Positions 60,391 to 64,000 of a stretch of DNA of 64,000 bases are shown here, in pieces. Source of the stretch: Mobula hypostoma (Eukaryota). Location: NCBI RefSeq assembly GCF_963921235.1, contig NC_086097.1, positions 149,174,001 through 149,238,000 on the forward strand. Direction: 5' to 3'. A model generated the notes under the pieces. That model ran no database searches, had not been told where the DNA came from, and saw only the letters and a list, made by a program, of their open reading frames with translations. Within the stretch, counting starts at the first letter, position 1. The number at the start of each line of letters is the position of its first letter. Position numbers and translations under genes: made by a program.

Positions 60391-63300
60391 CAGCAGCGCC
60401 TCGTGGAAGCAAGGCTTGCAGCAGCTGCAAAGGATTATATTAATAAGCCTTCTGCAGCCAAGTTACAGAATATCACAGCCCTACGCTGTACACTAAACTC
60501 TTTACTTACACAAGCAGCCAAGAGAAAATTGACATTTGCTAAACAACGATTGTTTGAACATGGTGAAAAACCAGGTAGGTATTTGGCTTATTTAGCTAGA
60601 AAGAAAAATGCCTCTCAGACTATTGCTTCAATTAGTGATGGGACAGGAGCCCTCACTAGTAATTCTAAAATGATTAATGTTGTGTTTAAGAATTTTTATT
60701 CTAAATTGTATCAATCTGAGCAATGTAATGATGGACAATCTAGGATGGAGTCCTTTTTCAGGAATTTAGATCTAGACATTTCTTCTGAACAAGAGTCCCT
60801 CCTCAATGCTCCGTTATCTATACACAAGATACAGGAAGCTGTGAGACAGCTCCAAAGTGGGAAGGCCCCTGGTCCTAATTGACTCACTAGTGAATTCTAT
60901 AAAGAGTTCACAGGGTTATTATCAGAGACTATGCTAAACATTTTCAATCATGCATTTAATTGTGGTCTCCTCCCACCAATGTTGAGAGAAGCTAGTATCT
61001 CCCTAATTCTTAAGAAAGGAAAGAGCCCTGAAGATTGTGCCTCCTACAGGCCTATTTCATTGTTAAATGTTGACTTTAAAATATTATCTAAAGCCTTAGC
61101 ATTGTGATTTGAAACTGTGTTACCTTTTATCATAAAAGAGGATCAAATGGGTTTTGTAAAAGGCCGTAAATCATCTAACACTATCAGAAGATTACTTAAT
61201 GTGATTCAGGCATGTCAGCAACAGGCAGTGGACAGCTTAGTGGTTTCCTTGGATGCAGAAAAGGCCTTTGATCATGTCGAATAGCCGTATATATTTTTTT
61301 CACTTTAGAACGATTTGGTTTGGGCAATAATTTTATTAAGTGGGTGAAGGTTCTTTATAATGACCCTTTGGCTGCGATTCTCACTAATGGTATTAGGTCG
61401 GATAATTTTAGTATTCTGAGGGGCAGCCGGCAGGGCTGCCCTTTATCACCACTGTTTTTCACACTACTGATCGAGCCATTGGCTGAAGCTATTCAGCGAG
61501 ACCCCAAAATATCTGCTCCAGACATAGGACTAAAGTCACATAAAATTACATTGTATGCAGATGATGTTCAAATTTTCTTATCAAATCCTGCTATATCAGT
61601 GCACCACCTTATACAATGCATCAATTCATTTAGTGCCTTTTCAGGTTATAAAATCAACTTTACTAAGGCTACGTCCACACTAAACCGGATAATTTTGAAA
61701 ACGCCGTTTTTGCGTAAAAACAATAGGCGTCCACACCAGGCGTTTTTGAAAATACCTCCGTCCACATTAAAATGGGTATTTGGGCGAATCTCCTCCTACT
61801 GGGCATGCGCAGGACACATCTATAGAAAACAAGCGAAGAGGAAATGGTATACTTGGTGCCTGTTTGTCCAGTTACAGACTAGAAAAACTTAAAAGGAAAT
61901 TGCCAAATGACAGACAGCTGTTGGCTCTCACGCAGGAGGACTTAAAACTGAAATAACAAATACTGGAGCATATGGAGGCAACCGACAGGGAGTTCACGGA
62001 CAGTATGACCTGGCTGACTACGAACATTGAAAAACTGCCTAACTCTGTTGCAGAGGGATTTGCAATGATGAGGAATAAGATGCCCCCCCCCCCGCAGTAC
62101 TTTTCACCGTCACAATACCAGCCTCACAGCCACTACAATAGCTATACATATGGACACACAGACCCCTGGGTGGCCCCACCGACATCTTCCCCACTCCCAC
62201 AGAGGGGTCACCCTGGAAACATTTCCTACAGCTATAGTCTCTTCATTGATGAAAGGGACAACAGCTACAACGAAATGCAATAAGGCTTGTTACTGGGCAA
62301 AAGTGAAATTTGCTTTTACCTCATTTGTTTGCCTTTACTTTTGCCATGTCTTTCTGTATTATTTTGCTGTAGTTAACATGTGCAATAAAACGAGTTACTG
62401 GGCAAAAGTGATTTTATTTTTACCTGAGTAAAAGTGAAACTTACAATTTTCCTTTATTGGCCTTAATATTTTCATGTCTATGCCAAACATAAGCTAATAC
62501 TTAAAAATGACATTTTGGAAGTACTGACAATTGCACCTATTGAATGTATGCACAAGCAATACATTAATAAAGCACCTTGTTAAATGTATAAACATGTCTG
62601 CATCAGTGTTATCTTGTATTTCCATACAATGTTACATTAGGCTGTTACACATCTATTGTCAGATAATGTTGTTGTGGTGCTGGAGGTTGCATTCAAGAAA
62701 ACAGTGAAATGCCGCGCTGCCGCCACCATCTGTTCCGGCACGTCATGACAGCGTTTTTAAAAAGCTCCGGTTACCCCGTACACAGTACAACGCCTAACCG
62801 GCGTTTTCAGATTTAAACACTCTGGAGAACGTTTTAGAAAAGCTCTGTTTTCAGGGGAGGAAGATGCAGTTTCAGTGTGGACAGAGGGTCAAAACGAAGG
62901 GAAAAAGCTTCAGTTATGGATTTATCCGGTCTAGTGTGGCTGTAGCCTAAATCAGAGGCTATGCCTCTGGGGAATCTGCAGCAGGTACCTGACACTCAGA
63001 GTGTTTTCCTTTTTAAATGGTCGCAGACAGGTTTTGTTTACTTAGGCATATTTATCACACCTACGTTTGATCAATTGTTCAAAGCTAACTTTACACAGTT
63101 ATTTGACAAAATCAAACAGGATCTTGAGCGATGGAGCGCTCTTCCCATTTTTTGGCTTGGCCAAATAACCTTGCTCAAGGTGAACATTCTTCCTCGTCTG
63201 CTCTACCAATACGAATGATTCCAGTCATTTTTACCTAACAAATACTTAAAAAAATAAATGGCTCGTTTGTTTCTTTCATCTGGAACAAAAAATGACCCTG

Positions 63301-64000
63301 TATTAAAATGTTTAAGTTACAGCTTTTCAGTAGTCTAGGGGGTCTGGATTTTCCAGACATCAAAAAAATATCACTTAAGTTCCTTTTTATCTTATGTGGT
63401 TGACTGGGTTTGCAGGGACCCCTCCTCAGTTTGGCTAGACATTGAAGCTTCACAAGCAAAATGCCCTCTGATTAATTTGTTTTCCCTCAATAAGATGAAA
63501 CTAGTTAAGGAATATTGGCGCAATCCAGTAACAATTAATACAGTCAGGGCTTGGAGGGCGGTGCGACAAATTGAGGGCAACGCAGCGAAAATATCACCCT
63601 TCACTCCAATAACCGGCAGTCCAGATTTTCAGCCTGACATAATGGATTCTGGATTTAAACTTTGGATTTCTAAAGGTATTTTCCATCTAGATTTGTTTGA
63701 TGAAGGAACGATGATGTCTCTTAGTCAAATAGTACAGAAACTTAACATACCCAACAAGGATCTTTTTCATTTCTTTCAGATAAGAGATTATATACAGAAA
63801 AAAAAACATCATTGTTAACTGCTTTCTATAGTTCCAACATAAAAAAAGAGGGTGTTTTGTTCGAAGGGTGAAGTCTCCATCAGTACTTCTTACAGCATCC
63901 TGAGGGAATGTTCTTGAGAGGCTGAGCAGCTGGGAAGGGTCTGGGAGGAAGAGCTGGGAGTAGAAATTGCAGCTGAAACATGGGAAGACATCTGTGATAA
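60391..64000 (+). mobile_element. L1/Tx1-clade LINE ORF2 (decayed), runs off the window end; interrupted by Harbinger
   Basis: FEHGEKPGRYLA, GKAPGP, YRPISLLNVDFKIL, SLDAEKAFD, RGSRQGCPLSPL, LYADD, GYKINFTKSE, YLGI. Confidence 0.92.
61667..62947 (+). mobile_element. Non-autonomous PIF/Harbinger DNA transposon (1281 bp) with a remnant ORF
   Basis: TIRs ggctacgtccacactaaaccggataa / ttatccggtctagtgtggctgtagcc; 3-bp TAA TSD at 61664-61666 and 62948-62950; excision restores L1 KINFTKSEAMPLG. Confidence 0.92.

Noticed and set aside
60343..61892. Chimeric ORFs as novel fusion proteins
   Set aside because: Accidental in-frame junctions (CR1-L1, L1-Harbinger) within decayed elements that have nearby stops and frameshifts
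54284..64000. Next PLCG exon (DNGLNPVW...)
   Set aside because: Not found by eye; the region is mostly repeats, so the exon is probably downstream of the window

Overview
This is eukaryotic DNA, very probably from a cartilaginous fish (ray/shark), judged from its repeat content: CR1, L1/Tx1, Rex1-Babar, V-SINE and Penelope repeats. The window appears to lie inside one large + strand gene, a phospholipase C gamma 1 (PLCG1 or PLCG1-like). Fifteen coding exons (6865-54283, 2017 nt spliced, one continuous reading frame) encode the end of the X box, split-PH, nSH2, cSH2, the Tyr771/775/783-equivalent linker, SH3, the second half of split-PH, the Y box and the start of C2. The gene runs off both ends of the window. 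One intron has a non-canonical GC donor (52552). The introns are packed with nested transposons: several CR1 subfamilies, two L1/Tx1 copies, Rex1/Babar, an R4/Dong element, RTE, tRNA-, V- and Deu-type SINEs, a Harbinger non-autonomous element and many Penelope-like pieces. The Penelope terminal repeats carry minimal hammerhead-ribozyme motifs, two with intact cores on the pre-mRNA strand. The most notable signals are these intronic hammerheads and their short hairpin derivatives, the mixed PLCG1/PLCG2 character of the protein (possible third PLCG paralog), the GC-AG intron, and several well-resolved nested insertions with TSDs. Most short ORFs in the track are spurious or repeat-derived. Family names and comparisons to human proteins come from recalled motifs, not from searches.
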